Assembly: GCA_046597055.1 (NCBI GenBank)
Contig: JBKJLC010000131.1
Coordinates: 32,252 to 96,251, forward strand
Origin: Kofleriaceae bacterium
Lineage (GTDB): Bacteria; Myxococcota_A; Polyangia; Haliangiales; Haliangiaceae
Direction of reading: 5' to 3'
Length of the DNA: 64,000 nucleotides
Shown here piece by piece: positions 22,547 through 38,847 of this stretch. The notes under the pieces are model-generated. The model was given only the letters and a program-made list of their open reading frames with translations. It was not told the DNA's origin and did no database searches. The position numbers and the translations under genes were made by a program. Every line of letters begins with the position of its first letter. The stretch's first letter is position 1.

Positions 22547-22639
22547 TCGACCAGTCTCCCACATCTCGCCAGCCCCGATCGGCGCGGATGCGATCGAGCT
22601 GTGCCCTCACGCACGCGCAAGCCACCGACACGGGCACGG

Positions 22640-23116
22640 CTACTTGCTCGTCTCCCCCGTTCCAACCGGTGCCGGGTTCGTTCGGTTCCAGAAGTGGACC
22701 CACGGCACCAGCGTCGTCGGATCAGGCGGCGGCGGGCCCGCGCCATCGGGCTCGCCAGACGACTTGGCCCTCGGCTTGATGGGCGGAATCGGCGCCGTAC
22801 GGTTCTCGTCGATCGACCACTGTACTCCTGACAGGGTCGTCTTGGACGTCGAGAACAGGCTCCCGATGATCGCCGCGCCCGTCGCCGCGACGGTCTCCAG
22901 CCGACGTGCGCGCCGCGACAACCCCTTGCGGTTCTCGGCGGTCGGCCGTGCCGACGAGGCCGCCAGCTCCTCGTTGGCCTTGATCGGGTCGGGCGACAGC
23001 GTCGACAGATCCCGCTGCACGCCCGGAGTCGCCGAGCCGACGCACCCACCGATCAGGACGAGGACCGCGAGCGAGACACCGCGCCGCGACAGCGACCGAT
23101 CCAATCGGGCACGCAT
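22640..23116 (-). CDS. Hypothetical lipoprotein
   Basis: VLVLIGGC lipobox-like; ends LVPWV; preceded by a sigma54 promoter. Confidence 0.65.
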   Translation of the reverse strand: MRARLDRSLSRRGVSLAVLVLIGGCVGSATPGVQRDLSTLSPDPIKANEELAASSARPTAENRKGLSRRARRLETVAATGAAIIGSLFSTSKTTLSGVQWSIDENRTAPIPPIKPRAKSSGEPDGAGPPPPDPTTLVPWVHFWNRTNPAPVGTGETSK

Positions 23117-23129
23117 GGGCTCTTGTCGA

Positions 23130-23145
23130 TGCAGAGCGGGTGCCA
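23130..23145 (-). promoter_or_regulatory. sigma54 promoter
   Basis: TGGCACCCGCTCTGCA = GG-N10-GC, 14 nt before the ATG. Confidence 0.7.
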
Positions 23146-23647
23146 GCGAGCGCCCCGAGTGATGACGGTTGGTTCCAGGCCCCTGGACTCGCCGGTCGTG
23201 GGTGTCGGTTGCAACACTGTGGTGCGCGCGCGACATGCCGACCCGCTCAGCCGCCGCGCGACGCGGCCCCTCCTGGTGGCCGGCGCGCGAGGATCACGCG
23301 CCATCGCCGGCGCCGGCGCGAGCGTCACGATCGCTTGTGCCACCCACCGTAGACCGTCACCACGGGCGGAGCGTCGCTGCTGTGGGCCGCAGGATCGTGG
23401 CGGCGCCCGCGGAGCGATTGCCGTGCGTTGCCGTGCCGATGCGTTGTGGGGAGGCGCGGGTTCATCGAGGTGGTTCACATGCACGCCGATCGTGTTCGAA
23501 CCCATCGAGCCGGCGATCCCGGCGTCCTTGTCGGAAGACGGCGTGTTCGCGACTGCGTCGGTCGCCTACGCGCAAGGCGGCCCGCTCGAGCGCATCGCGC
23601 AGGCTCTCCGCCGCGTCCTCGAACTGATCGAGCGCGGATCCGCGCTA

Positions 23648-24106
23648 TCAGCGCGTCGGGGATCGGCGGCGCACCGCACGACTCGCAGTACGCGTGCAGG
23701 TGACCGCCTTGACGATCCGCGCGAGTTCGCCGGGTAGGTCGACCGCGGAGCTTGCCTGCGCGGCGTCGGCCGCATCCTCGCCCTCTGGGTTTACAACCAC
23801 GCCGGCGAGGATGCGACCGGTCGCGCTCCACCGGTTGCCGGCGGCGGACGGCGTGCCGAGCCCGACGTCGCCGAACACCTCGGCGCCGCCGAGCGTGAAC
23901 CGCTGGCCGCCGGCGCCAACACCACCGCCGGCGGCGCCGCCGCCCACCCGGCCCCGCGCACGCTCGGCGTAGTAGCCGGCGCCAACCATGCCGCGGAAGC
24001 CGGCGCCATCGTTCGAGTCGTCGCGCGACCCGATGGCGCCCGCGCCGACATGCGCGTAACACCCGGGCGCGAGCGCGAGTAGCGCCAGCGCGGCCGTCGC
24101 CTTCAC
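23648..24106 (-). pseudogene. Possibly truncated or chimeric secreted lipoprotein
   Basis: SD AGGAGG, GTG start, signal peptide with Cys and Gly-rich beta-like segments; sequence character changes after ~23790. Confidence 0.4.
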
Positions 24107-24345
24107 GCGACCTCCTGGGGATCGGGCTCATCGGCGGCATCGAGCGCGACCCGATGCTGCCTGTACGGCTGCGCCGCCATCAGCGCCTCGGGCCAGGGCC
24201 GCACCGGCGGCCCACCCGCCGGGCCGAAGCGACCCTCATCGGCGGTTGGGGGGAGGTGGGCGTAGAGCTGGGAGTAAACGCTCCGAAAACAGTTACGGCC
24301 AGTTAAGCCATCGCCTAACCGGCCGTACTCCCTGGTAAATTCTTG

Positions 24346-24417
<72 letters not shown>

Positions 24418-24429
24418 AACTCGCCGGGG

Positions 24430-24457
24430 AATCTATCGCAACCGGGCCGCGAGTCAA
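24430..24457 (-). promoter_or_regulatory. tRNA promoter
   Basis: TTGACT-16 nt-TAGATT. Confidence 0.6.
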
Positions 24458-24528
24458 GCCGGCGGGGCGGGCGAGACCGGCCCGCGCCGTGCGCACCGGC
24501 CGCGGAACGGGTCAGCCGGCGGGGTGGC

Positions 24529-25515
24529 TCAGAAGCGGCCGGTGACGACCAGGCCGGCGCTGTCGTCGGTGACGCGGGGCGCGAAGGCCATGCCGGCCTC
24601 GGCGGTCTCGGGGCCGCCGATGAGCCAGAGGACGACGCCGGTGGCGACCGCCGCGCCGCCGATGCCTGCGGCGACGGTGGCGTAGAGCCGCTTCTGGTTG
24701 GCGGAGTCGAGAAGGCTGCTGCGCTCGGAGACCGTGGTGGCCGCGACCGCGTCGTCGTAGGCGCTGCGCGCGCCGAGCTCGAAGACCAGGCCGGCGCCCA
24801 GGCCGACCGCCCCGACCGCCCAGAGGCCGACGGCGGCCTTGCGCTTGCCAGTGAATGAGGACGGACGCTCGGTCGGGCCCACGCCGGCACCGGCACCGGC
24901 GGTGCCGCCCGCGACGGTGGCCGCGACGGCCTGCTCGGGCAGCTCGCGGAAGCGGGGCACGTTGACCGACTGCTTATCCTTCTCGACGCCGACCGTGACC
25001 GGCGTCGACCAGGCCTCGAACGCCGGCGCCTTGCCCTCGATGGTGTAGGTACCGCCGTCGACGGGGATGTCGCGGTTCCACTCGGCCGGATCGACCTCGA
25101 CGCCGTTGCGAGAGATCGTCAGGCCGTCGACGCGCGCCTCGTCAGGGACGTTGATGATCAGGTACGAGAGGCGGCTCTCGAGCTTCCCGGCGCGGGTGCG
25201 CGCGGTGGTATTGAGATTGGCCTGGTCGGACTTGCCGCGCGTCATGCGCTCGGCCTCGATGAACTGCCCCCACGCGCTCGCGTACTGCTCGTTCTTCTCG
25301 CGGCAGTTCGCGAGGTTGAGCAGTGTCGAGACCGCCGGGTCCTTGCGGTAGCTGCCCTCGAAGGCGTTGCACGCCTCCTTGATCTTGCCCGCGTCCATCA
25401 GCTTCTTGCCGTCACGGAAGAGCTGTTCAGCGACGCCGGTCGTCGCTGGCTGCGCCGCGACGGGCGCAGCCGTGATCAACATCGAACCTACGAATACGAT
25501 CGCTATTGCCCGCAT
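24529..25515 (-). CDS. Myxobacterial TPR/PEGA-like secreted protein (kinase-associated)
   Basis: AEQLFRDGK...AC.AFE.S...TLLNLANCRE; Ig/PEGA-like middle; C-terminal GLVVTGRF. Confidence 0.8.
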   Translation of the reverse strand: MRAIAIVFVGSMLITAAPVAAQPATTGVAEQLFRDGKKLMDAGKIKEACNAFEGSYRKDPAVSTLLNLANCREKNEQYASAWGQFIEAERMTRGKSDQANLNTTARTRAGKLESRLSYLIINVPDEARVDGLTISRNGVEVDPAEWNRDIPVDGGTYTIEGKAPAFEAWSTPVTVGVEKDKQSVNVPRFRELPEQAVAATVAGGTAGAGAGVGPTERPSSFTGKRKAAVGLWAVGAVGLGAGLVFELGARSAYDDAVAATTVSERSSLLDSANQKRLYATVAAGIGGAAVATGVVLWLIGGPETAEAGMAFAPRVTDDSAGLVVTGRF

Positions 25516-25545
25516 ATCTGCCTCCGAGACTACCGCGACCACGCC

Positions 25546-27048
<1,503 letters not shown>

Positions 27049-27450
27049 GCCGGCGCGATTATGCGTGGGGCGCCCCACGCCGTCGAGTGCCGATTCTGCG
27101 CGATCAGCGCGCGCCGTCAGCGACTGCGGCGGGGGATCGGACCGTGTGACTTCGTCGCTCATTGTCTTGCGGGCCTTCCTGTCGGCCAGGCCGCGCCGCG
27201 GTTGCGCGAAGAATTTCAGTAATTTATTTCGGTAACTTGCGGCGCACATGCGGAGTGCGCCGGGCCTCGGCCAGGCGCGGGGCCGCCCCGCAGGCGGGGT
27301 TGGCGCGGGCCCGCGACCGAGTCCCTCGCCCTCCGCGCCGCGCACGTTTCATGACGCGGCCGCCGCCCCCACCACTACGGCGCCGGCAGCGGCGCATTCT
27401 TCACCTACGACTGAAGAACGTGCCGCTGGGCGACGCGCGTGCGGCGCGCT

Positions 27451-29280
27451 TCAGAGCGCGGTCTGGCCGGCGTTGATCAAGCCGAAGGTCGACGCGCCCT
27501 GGAGCCAGTCGGCCTTGTCGTTGTCGTCGCTGTTGTCGACGCGGCGGATGCTCTCACCGGCGGCGGTGGTGCCGGTCGCGTCGAGGTCGAGGACCGCATG
27601 CTCGCGGAAGAGGTCGTCGACGTAGCCCGTGAGCGGATGGCCGCCGCCCACCATCTGCCACTGATTGGCCGTACGAACAATCGCAGCCTGAGCCTCCGTT
27701 GCGGCGGCTGCCGTGCCCGCCGCCGCATTGGCGACGAACACCGCGTCGAGAATCACGTTCGCGCCGTTGTAGAGCGTGATCACGTTGTCGGTATCCGTGA
27801 TGCCGGTGTCGGTCGAGTACCAGTCGTAGGCCGTATCGTAGTTGCGGGTGAACGTCGCGACGGGCTGCTGGGCAGGCCCGGTCGTCTCCTGGGTGCCGGT
27901 GCCGCCCGGGTTACACATCGTGTTCGCCGTGTTCATGTGGACGACGATCAGGTCGTTCGTCGCCACGCTGAGGCCGGCGAACGTCACCAGCGTGCCGGCA
28001 TTACGCTCGCGCAGGTAGAAGCCGTTCATCGAGCCACCGGCCGTCACCCGGAGCTCGATCAGGTCACAAACGTTCACGGTTTCCGCGGTCTGGATATGTG
28101 CGTTGATCTCGTTGATGCGCACGATGGCCTGGTCGGTGAAGCCGGAGAAGGTCGCCGTGCCGGGCGCCGCGATGGGGGTCATCCGGGTGTCCTGGACCGT
28201 GTTCGCGACGGTGACGGTGTATGGGGTGCTGGCGACCTGGGCGCTGGTGGTCACGGTCACGAGGCGAGCATCGGTGGCGGAGATGGCCGCCGCAGTGACG
28301 GTCAGGTTGCTGATGGTGAACTGGCTGCCGTCGGCCAGCAGCGTGGACGCCAGAACGTTGCGGCTGAAGGTGACCTGGAGCGAGGTCGCCGACAGGGCGA
28401 CGGCGCTGACCACGGTCGGGGCCGGGCAGCTGGTGACGGCGATATCGCCAGCGACGTAGACGCCGACCTGGGCCTGCGGGGCCGTGGCGCCGAACCGGCT
28501 GATCGGGACGTTGGTCGCGGTGAACGTGCACCCGTTGCCGAGCTCGAGGGACGTCTTCAGCGTCGCCGGCAGGCGAAGGCGATAGCTGGTGTTGCCGGTG
28601 AGCCCGGTGGTGTTGATCGGTGCGCTCTCGAACATGGCGCTGGCGCCGACGAAGTCGCCGGCGACCGTGGCGGTGAGGGTGCCCAGCTCGCTGTCGTAGC
28701 TCTCGATCGCGGTGACGACATCGGCGGCCGCGGTCAGGTTCTGCGCCAGCGCGGTGACGTTGGCGCCCTGCGAGTCGCGGGTGAAGCCGGTGACCGCGGT
28801 GGCGCGGCGCTGACCGCTCACGGTGGCCATCGTCGTGATCGTGAAGCTGACGACGTCGCCCACAATGGGCGGCGGGGTCAGCGTGGACGGGTCGACCGCG
28901 ATGAACAGCGCGGGGCCGGTCTGGACGATCTGGACGGTGAATCCCGCCGGGTCGCTGGCCGGGGTGCCGAGGGCCGGCTTCAGGTAGGTCACGGTCGCGC
29001 CGACGATCGGCAGCGAAAGACCGGTGCCGTCGGCGGCGGCGCGGGCGAGCGCGATCCGCTCGGTCGGGGTCGGGATCGCGTCGACCGGGGCGTCGATCGG
29101 GGGCGGGGCATCGATCGGGGTGGCGTCGATCTCGGCCGCGTCGGTGGGCACCGCGCCGTCGGTGGTGGCGGCGTCGGCCCGACGGCCATCGATGGGTGGG
29201 TTGGACCCACCGTCATCTCCACAACCAGCGGCGGTGACGAGCAAGGCGAGCGCGGCATGAGACAGCAAACGGAGACGCAT
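27451..29280 (-). CDS. Secreted lipoprotein with Ig-like and lamin-tail-like domains
   Basis: Lipobox AAGC; IDAPP linker; APTVVSA...VTFS Ig-like; VRINEINA...CDLIELRV. Confidence 0.8.
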   Translation of the reverse strand: MRLRLLSHAALALLVTAAGCGDDGGSNPPIDGRRADAATTDGAVPTDAAEIDATPIDAPPPIDAPVDAIPTPTERIALARAAADGTGLSLPIVGATVTYLKPALGTPASDPAGFTVQIVQTGPALFIAVDPSTLTPPPIVGDVVSFTITTMATVSGQRRATAVTGFTRDSQGANVTALAQNLTAAADVVTAIESYDSELGTLTATVAGDFVGASAMFESAPINTTGLTGNTSYRLRLPATLKTSLELGNGCTFTATNVPISRFGATAPQAQVGVYVAGDIAVTSCPAPTVVSAVALSATSLQVTFSRNVLASTLLADGSQFTISNLTVTAAAISATDARLVTVTTSAQVASTPYTVTVANTVQDTRMTPIAAPGTATFSGFTDQAIVRINEINAHIQTAETVNVCDLIELRVTAGGSMNGFYLRERNAGTLVTFAGLSVATNDLIVVHMNTANTMCNPGGTGTQETTGPAQQPVATFTRNYDTAYDWYSTDTGITDTDNVITLYNGANVILDAVFVANAAAGTAAAATEAQAAIVRTANQWQMVGGGHPLTGYVDDLFREHAVLDLDATGTTAAGESIRRVDNSDDNDKADWLQGASTFGLINAGQTAL

Positions 29281-29381
29281 GGGCCGGGGTTGTACACCAG
29301 CGGCATGGCCGTTCAAGCACAAGCTCGCGACGTCGGGGTGGCCCCGAGTGGGCTCCATCACGGAGTGCTACAGTGCCCCCG

Positions 29382-30602
29382 GTGACTGACCAACGCGCCC
29401 AGGGGAATGCCCGCGTCGATGGGCTGGCCTTCGTGATGGACGGGACGACCCCGCGCCTCGAGTTCCCTCACGCCCAGATCGACAACCTGCGGGGCGAGGC
29501 CGCGGGCCTGGCCTACGGCGCCACCGAGCTGGTGCTCGAGCAGCTGACCGGCCTGCTCGCCGGCGTCTCCTGGACCACCGAGGCGGCCTCCGCCGGCAAG
29601 TTCTGGGTCCGCGATGCCGAGGGCCGCTTCGAGATGACGATCGACCGGATCGAGCTCCCGCACGGGCTGCGCGTGACGCAGTCCGCCGCCGGCGGGGTCG
29701 AGCTGGTCGCGCCGCACGTGTCGCTGTCGGAGGTGCGGGTGTCGATCCCCGACCTCGCACAGCTGGGGGGCCCCCCCGGCGAATCGGCGCCGGCCTCGCC
29801 CGCCGAGGAGCCGACTGGCCTGCGCCAGGAGCAGCTGCGCTTCCTCGACGCGGTGACCGGCGAGATCGCGTTCCGCATCGCGGTGGTCCTCGACCTGCCG
29901 GTGATCGGTCACCGCACGCTCGATCAGGCGATCAAGCTCACCGTGGAGGACGGCGCGTTCAACTTCGAGAAGCTCGCCAGCGGGCTGTCGTGGCTCGAGG
30001 GCCAGTTCCTCGACATCGGCATCGAGGGTGGGCGGTTCCGGATGGCCTGGGGCGTGCCGCTGTTCGGCACCAACGAGATCGTCTCGTTTGCGCTCGACAG
30101 CGACGCGAGCGCGATGGCGGAGCGCGATCGGATCCCGCTCCGCTCGCTGTTCGACTACCGGATGGCAGGCGGCAATGGCGGCGGCGACGGTGGCAAGAAC
30201 GGCAAGAGCAGCGACAAACAGGGCCGGCTCAAGTCGCTGACGATCGGTGACATCGACGTGAAGCTGTCGCTGGTCGCGCCCCACAACGTCGAGGTCGCGG
30301 GGGGCACCGTCCGCTTCGGCGGGGACGACGCGCCCGGCATCGTCGACCTGACGGTGCACGGCGCGATGACCCATCCACCCGCGCCCGGCGCGATGAAGGC
30401 CCAGGCCGGCGCGGTCGACATGACGGTCAAGGACCTCAACCTCGGAGGGTTGCAGGTGACGGCCGATCGGATCACGGTTGGGCCCGTCGATACCCTGGTG
30501 GTCACCTTCGATGGCTTCGAGCCGCGGGCGCTCGTGGCCGTGCTGCACCGCGTGACCGCGACCAACCTGGCGCTGACGCTGGGCAGCGCCCCGATAACCT
30601 GA
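29382..30602 (+). CDS. Hypothetical beta-rich protein
   Basis: Long ORF with GC3-biased codons; TGcTACAGT -10 just upstream. Confidence 0.75.
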   Translation: MTDQRAQGNARVDGLAFVMDGTTPRLEFPHAQIDNLRGEAAGLAYGATELVLEQLTGLLAGVSWTTEAASAGKFWVRDAEGRFEMTIDRIELPHGLRVTQSAAGGVELVAPHVSLSEVRVSIPDLAQLGGPPGESAPASPAEEPTGLRQEQLRFLDAVTGEIAFRIAVVLDLPVIGHRTLDQAIKLTVEDGAFNFEKLASGLSWLEGQFLDIGIEGGRFRMAWGVPLFGTNEIVSFALDSDASAMAERDRIPLRSLFDYRMAGGNGGGDGGKNGKSSDKQGRLKSLTIGDIDVKLSLVAPHNVEVAGGTVRFGGDDAPGIVDLTVHGAMTHPPAPGAMKAQAGAVDMTVKDLNLGGLQVTADRITVGPVDTLVVTFDGFEPRALVAVLHRVTATNLALTLGSAPIT

Positions 30603-30751
30603 CGCCGCCCGCGTGGCGCCCGGACTGATCGATATCGATCACTTCTGATCGGGCGACCGATCGATCGTCCGGACCCGGACAGTGCCCCCGTCCGCAAGTG
30701 GCTGACAACGCTCGGCTCCGGGCCGGCACGCCACGTGAAGAAAGGTGGGTC

Positions 30752-31372
30752 ATGCTCCACACCCTTCCCGCCCTGCCCGCCGACTCGCAGCGTGAGGTCG
30801 CCGCGCCGTTCGAGCGCCCGCTCGCCCGGGGGACCGACGCACCCTCGCCGAGCCTGGACCTCCTGGTCTCGGTGCTCGAGTGCGCCGAGGTCGGCATGGT
30901 GGTCGCCGACGTGGCCGGCCGCGCCCTGTACATGAACGCCAGCGCGCGGGCGGTGCTCGACAGCCCGCTCGGCGTCATGCCCCCGTGGCTGGCCCCGGTG
31001 GTGCCGCGCCTGCGCGCGCAGCTCGGCCAGAGCGGCCATGCGCTCGACCGCGTCGTCAACGGCGAGCTCGCGATCCGGGTGCGGGCGCGCGCGTTACCCC
31101 GCCCCGGCGCGATGCTGCTCGAGATCGCGGTCGCGCCCGGCTCGGGTGACCGCCAGGTCGCCGAGCAGCTCGCCCGCGGGCTGGGCCTGCAGCTCACCGA
31201 CGCGCGTCTGCTGGCGCTGCTGTGGCGCGGGCTTTCGAACGACGAGATCGCCCAGGCCCTGGCGGTGCGGACCGGCACCATCAAGAGCCGGCTGTTCCGC
31301 CTGTACCAGAAGCTCGGCGTGAAGAAGCGCCCGGCCGCGGTGCTGCGCGCGCAAGAAGCGCTCGCATCCTGA
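30752..31372 (+). CDS. LuxR-family HTH regulator with PAS-like N-terminus
   Basis: GRALYMNASAR; RGLSNDEIAQAL...GTIKSRL.RLYQKLGVK. Confidence 0.85.
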   Translation: MLHTLPALPADSQREVAAPFERPLARGTDAPSPSLDLLVSVLECAEVGMVVADVAGRALYMNASARAVLDSPLGVMPPWLAPVVPRLRAQLGQSGHALDRVVNGELAIRVRARALPRPGAMLLEIAVAPGSGDRQVAEQLARGLGLQLTDARLLALLWRGLSNDEIAQALAVRTGTIKSRLFRLYQKLGVKKRPAAVLRAQEALAS

Positions 31373-31396
31373 CCGGCCGCCGCGGTCGCCGGCCGG

Positions 31397-34819
<3,423 letters not shown>

Positions 34820-34886
34820 GGGCTACTCGCCCCTCGGCGGCAAGCCGCTGGGCGGGCCCTTTACCGGGTAGAGCCGCAACAGGACA

Positions 34887-34915
34887 AGGGTATGTTTGTA
34901 AGTGACCCCGGTCAA
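34887..34915 (-). promoter_or_regulatory. sigma70-type promoter of sgmX
   Basis: TTGACC-17 nt-TACCCT in an AT-rich intergenic region. Confidence 0.65.
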
Positions 34916-35072
34916 GGAAGAGATTCAATGATTCGGTAAGTTTACGCCCCGGGTGGCACCCTGCTGGTGGGGCGCGATCCGGGGGTGCCAAGCGGTCGTG
35001 ATTCAACGAGTCTGGGGCACGAGTCCGGCTGAGACGGCCCGGTTCGTAGCCATGCGACCCGCGGCCGCCCGG

Positions 35073-36428
<1,356 letters not shown>

Positions 36429-36430
36429 GG

Positions 36431-37093
<663 letters not shown>

Positions 37094-37101
37094 GGCTCTC
37101 T

Positions 37102-37590
37102 CTAGCGGCGCTTACCTTCCACAATCGCCAGCGCGGCGTCCAGTCCCAGATAGTAGCTTTGCGCGCCGAAACCGCTGATTTGTCCGACGCAGCGCCCCGC
37201 GGTGATCGAACCATGACGGAACGGTTCGCGCGCGTGCAGGTTCGACAGGTGGACCTCGATCGTGGGCAGCTCGACCGCCTCGATCGCGTCGCGGATCGCA
37301 ACGCTGGTGTGGGTGTAGCCCCCCGGGTTGATCACGATGGCGTCGAACTGGCCGCGCGCAGCCTGGATCGCATCGACCAGCGCGCCTTCGGAGTTCGACT
37401 GCACGGACTTGACCGTCGCGCCGCGCGCGGTCGCGCGCCGGGCCAGCTCGGCCTCGACATCGGCGAGCGTGGTGGTGCCGTACACCGCCGGGTTGCGGCT
37501 GCCGAGCAGGTTGAGGTTGGGCCCGTGAACCACCAGGACGCGCGGACCCGCCGCCGGCCCGGCGACCGGGGAGCGGCGGCGCGCGCTCAC
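37102..37590 (-). CDS. aroQ: Type II 3-dehydroquinate dehydratase
   Basis: [32 protein letters not shown]. Confidence 0.97.
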   Translation of the reverse strand: MSARRRSPVAGPAAGPRVLVVHGPNLNLLGSRNPAVYGTTTLADVEAELARRATARGATVKSVQSNSEGALVDAIQAARGQFDAIVINPGGYTHTSVAIRDAIEAVELPTIEVHLSNLHAREPFRHGSITAGRCVGQISGFGAQSYYLGLDAALAIVEGKRR

Positions 37591-37943
37591 AGCTGGGCGA
37601 CGAGCTTGGGCGAGGCGAGCCGCATCAGGTAGCGGCACTTGCCGTAGTTGCCCTCGGGCGAGAGCGCGACGGCCAGGAAGTACTGCGGCGACACCATGCG
37701 GGTCACCAGCAGCAACCGCTCGGCCTTCACCGACAGCTCCTCGAAGTTGCCGACCTTCAGGCTATCGGCCGCGCGACGGACCTGGGTGAGGATGAAGCTG
37801 AACTCCATCCCGACGGTGTTGATGTCGACGCGGTCGGGCGGCCGCGTGTATGTCTCGACGGGGATGCCGTCGAGACCCATGATGACGGCGCCCAGGCCGC
37901 CATCGACGTTGTCGACGACCTTCTTGAGGATTTCGGCGAACAA
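37587..37943 (-). CDS. mglC: Roadblock/LC7 protein, MglC-like
   Basis: TTG start with [18 protein letters not shown]...[11 protein letters not shown]; lies between pilQ and accB. Confidence 0.85.
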   Translation of the reverse strand: MFAEILKKVVDNVDGGLGAVIMGLDGIPVETYTRPPDRVDINTVGMEFSFILTQVRRAADSLKVGNFEELSVKAERLLLVTRMVSPQYFLAVALSPEGNYGKCRYLMRLASPKLVAQL

Positions 37944-38041
37944 GGGACCACCTCGGTAGAGGGTGCGCCGCGGGCGAGTGCCCCGGCGGAGCCGTTGTAT
38001 CACGCGCCCGATCGCAACCGCGTCGGACCGGGGACCGGTTC

Positions 38042-38806
38042 TCACACTGGGGGCGGCGCGACCGCCATCGCCGGGCAGACCAGCTCGGTGCCGATGGAAC
38101 AACAGTCGACCCCGCTGTCCTGGAACGTGTTGCAGACGCCGCCCCCGCTGGGCATGAAGTCGTTGGCCAGCGTGTCACACGGACCCACGTACGACGTCAG
38201 GCAACCGCGGCAGACATCGATCGGGTAGTTGAACCAGTTCGAGTTGACCTCGTCGCCCCCGCGGGTCCCGTACACCTGGATCCGGGCGTCGATGACCGTG
38301 GCCGGCGCCGGATCGGTGGCCGAGGCGGCCGGCAAGATGCCGTCGACCAGGGCCAGGAGCTCGGCCGGGACCAGCTCGAACCCGATCGCGACGGTACCGC
38401 CGCCCGGATCGATCGCGCCCGACAGCAGTCGGTCGAACCGGGTGAGCCCGCGCGCGTCGAGCGTGGCGACATCGCCGGCCGGAAACAGGTCCTCGTCGAC
38501 GAACGACAGCTCGATGTGGGCACCGGTCAGGAAGATCGTCTTCGGGCCGATCGGCTCCCCCGACACCACGGTCAGATCGTTGCGGAGCAGCGGCGTGAAC
38601 ACATAGCCGTTGCCGGCCAATGTCTCGATCTGGCCCGAGGTGCGAAACGCGGTCGCCGCCGGATCGATGACGCAGCCTTCGCCGGGGACGATGTTGCGCA
38701 GGATCAGGAGCGGCGCGTCGGCGCTGTTGTCGACGCACGCGGCCAGCGAGACCAACGCGGTCGCGAGCAAGAGTGGCCGGAGCGAGATGCGGCGGGTGAG
38801 AGTCAT
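38042..38806 (-). CDS. Cys-rich lipoprotein in the pilQ-mglC interval
   Basis: SD GAGGAG; LAAC lipobox; FNYPIDVCRGCL. Confidence 0.8.
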   Translation of the reverse strand: MTLTRRISLRPLLLATALVSLAACVDNSADAPLLILRNIVPGEGCVIDPAATAFRTSGQIETLAGNGYVFTPLLRNDLTVVSGEPIGPKTIFLTGAHIELSFVDEDLFPAGDVATLDARGLTRFDRLLSGAIDPGGGTVAIGFELVPAELLALVDGILPAASATDPAPATVIDARIQVYGTRGGDEVNSNWFNYPIDVCRGCLTSYVGPCDTLANDFMPSGGGVCNTFQDSGVDCCSIGTELVCPAMAVAPPPV

Positions 38807-38847
38807 ACGGGTCTCCTCGACGAGTCGAGATCGTAGCCTACGTGGTT

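Noticed and set aside
23123..23780. Plus-strand ORFs between the lipoprotein genes
   Set aside because: No recognisable motif and weak codon bias; probably degraded DNA.
27200..27440. AT-rich patch and GC hairpin (~27281-27305) as a possible ncRNA
   Set aside because: No recognisable family; could be just a terminator or UP element.
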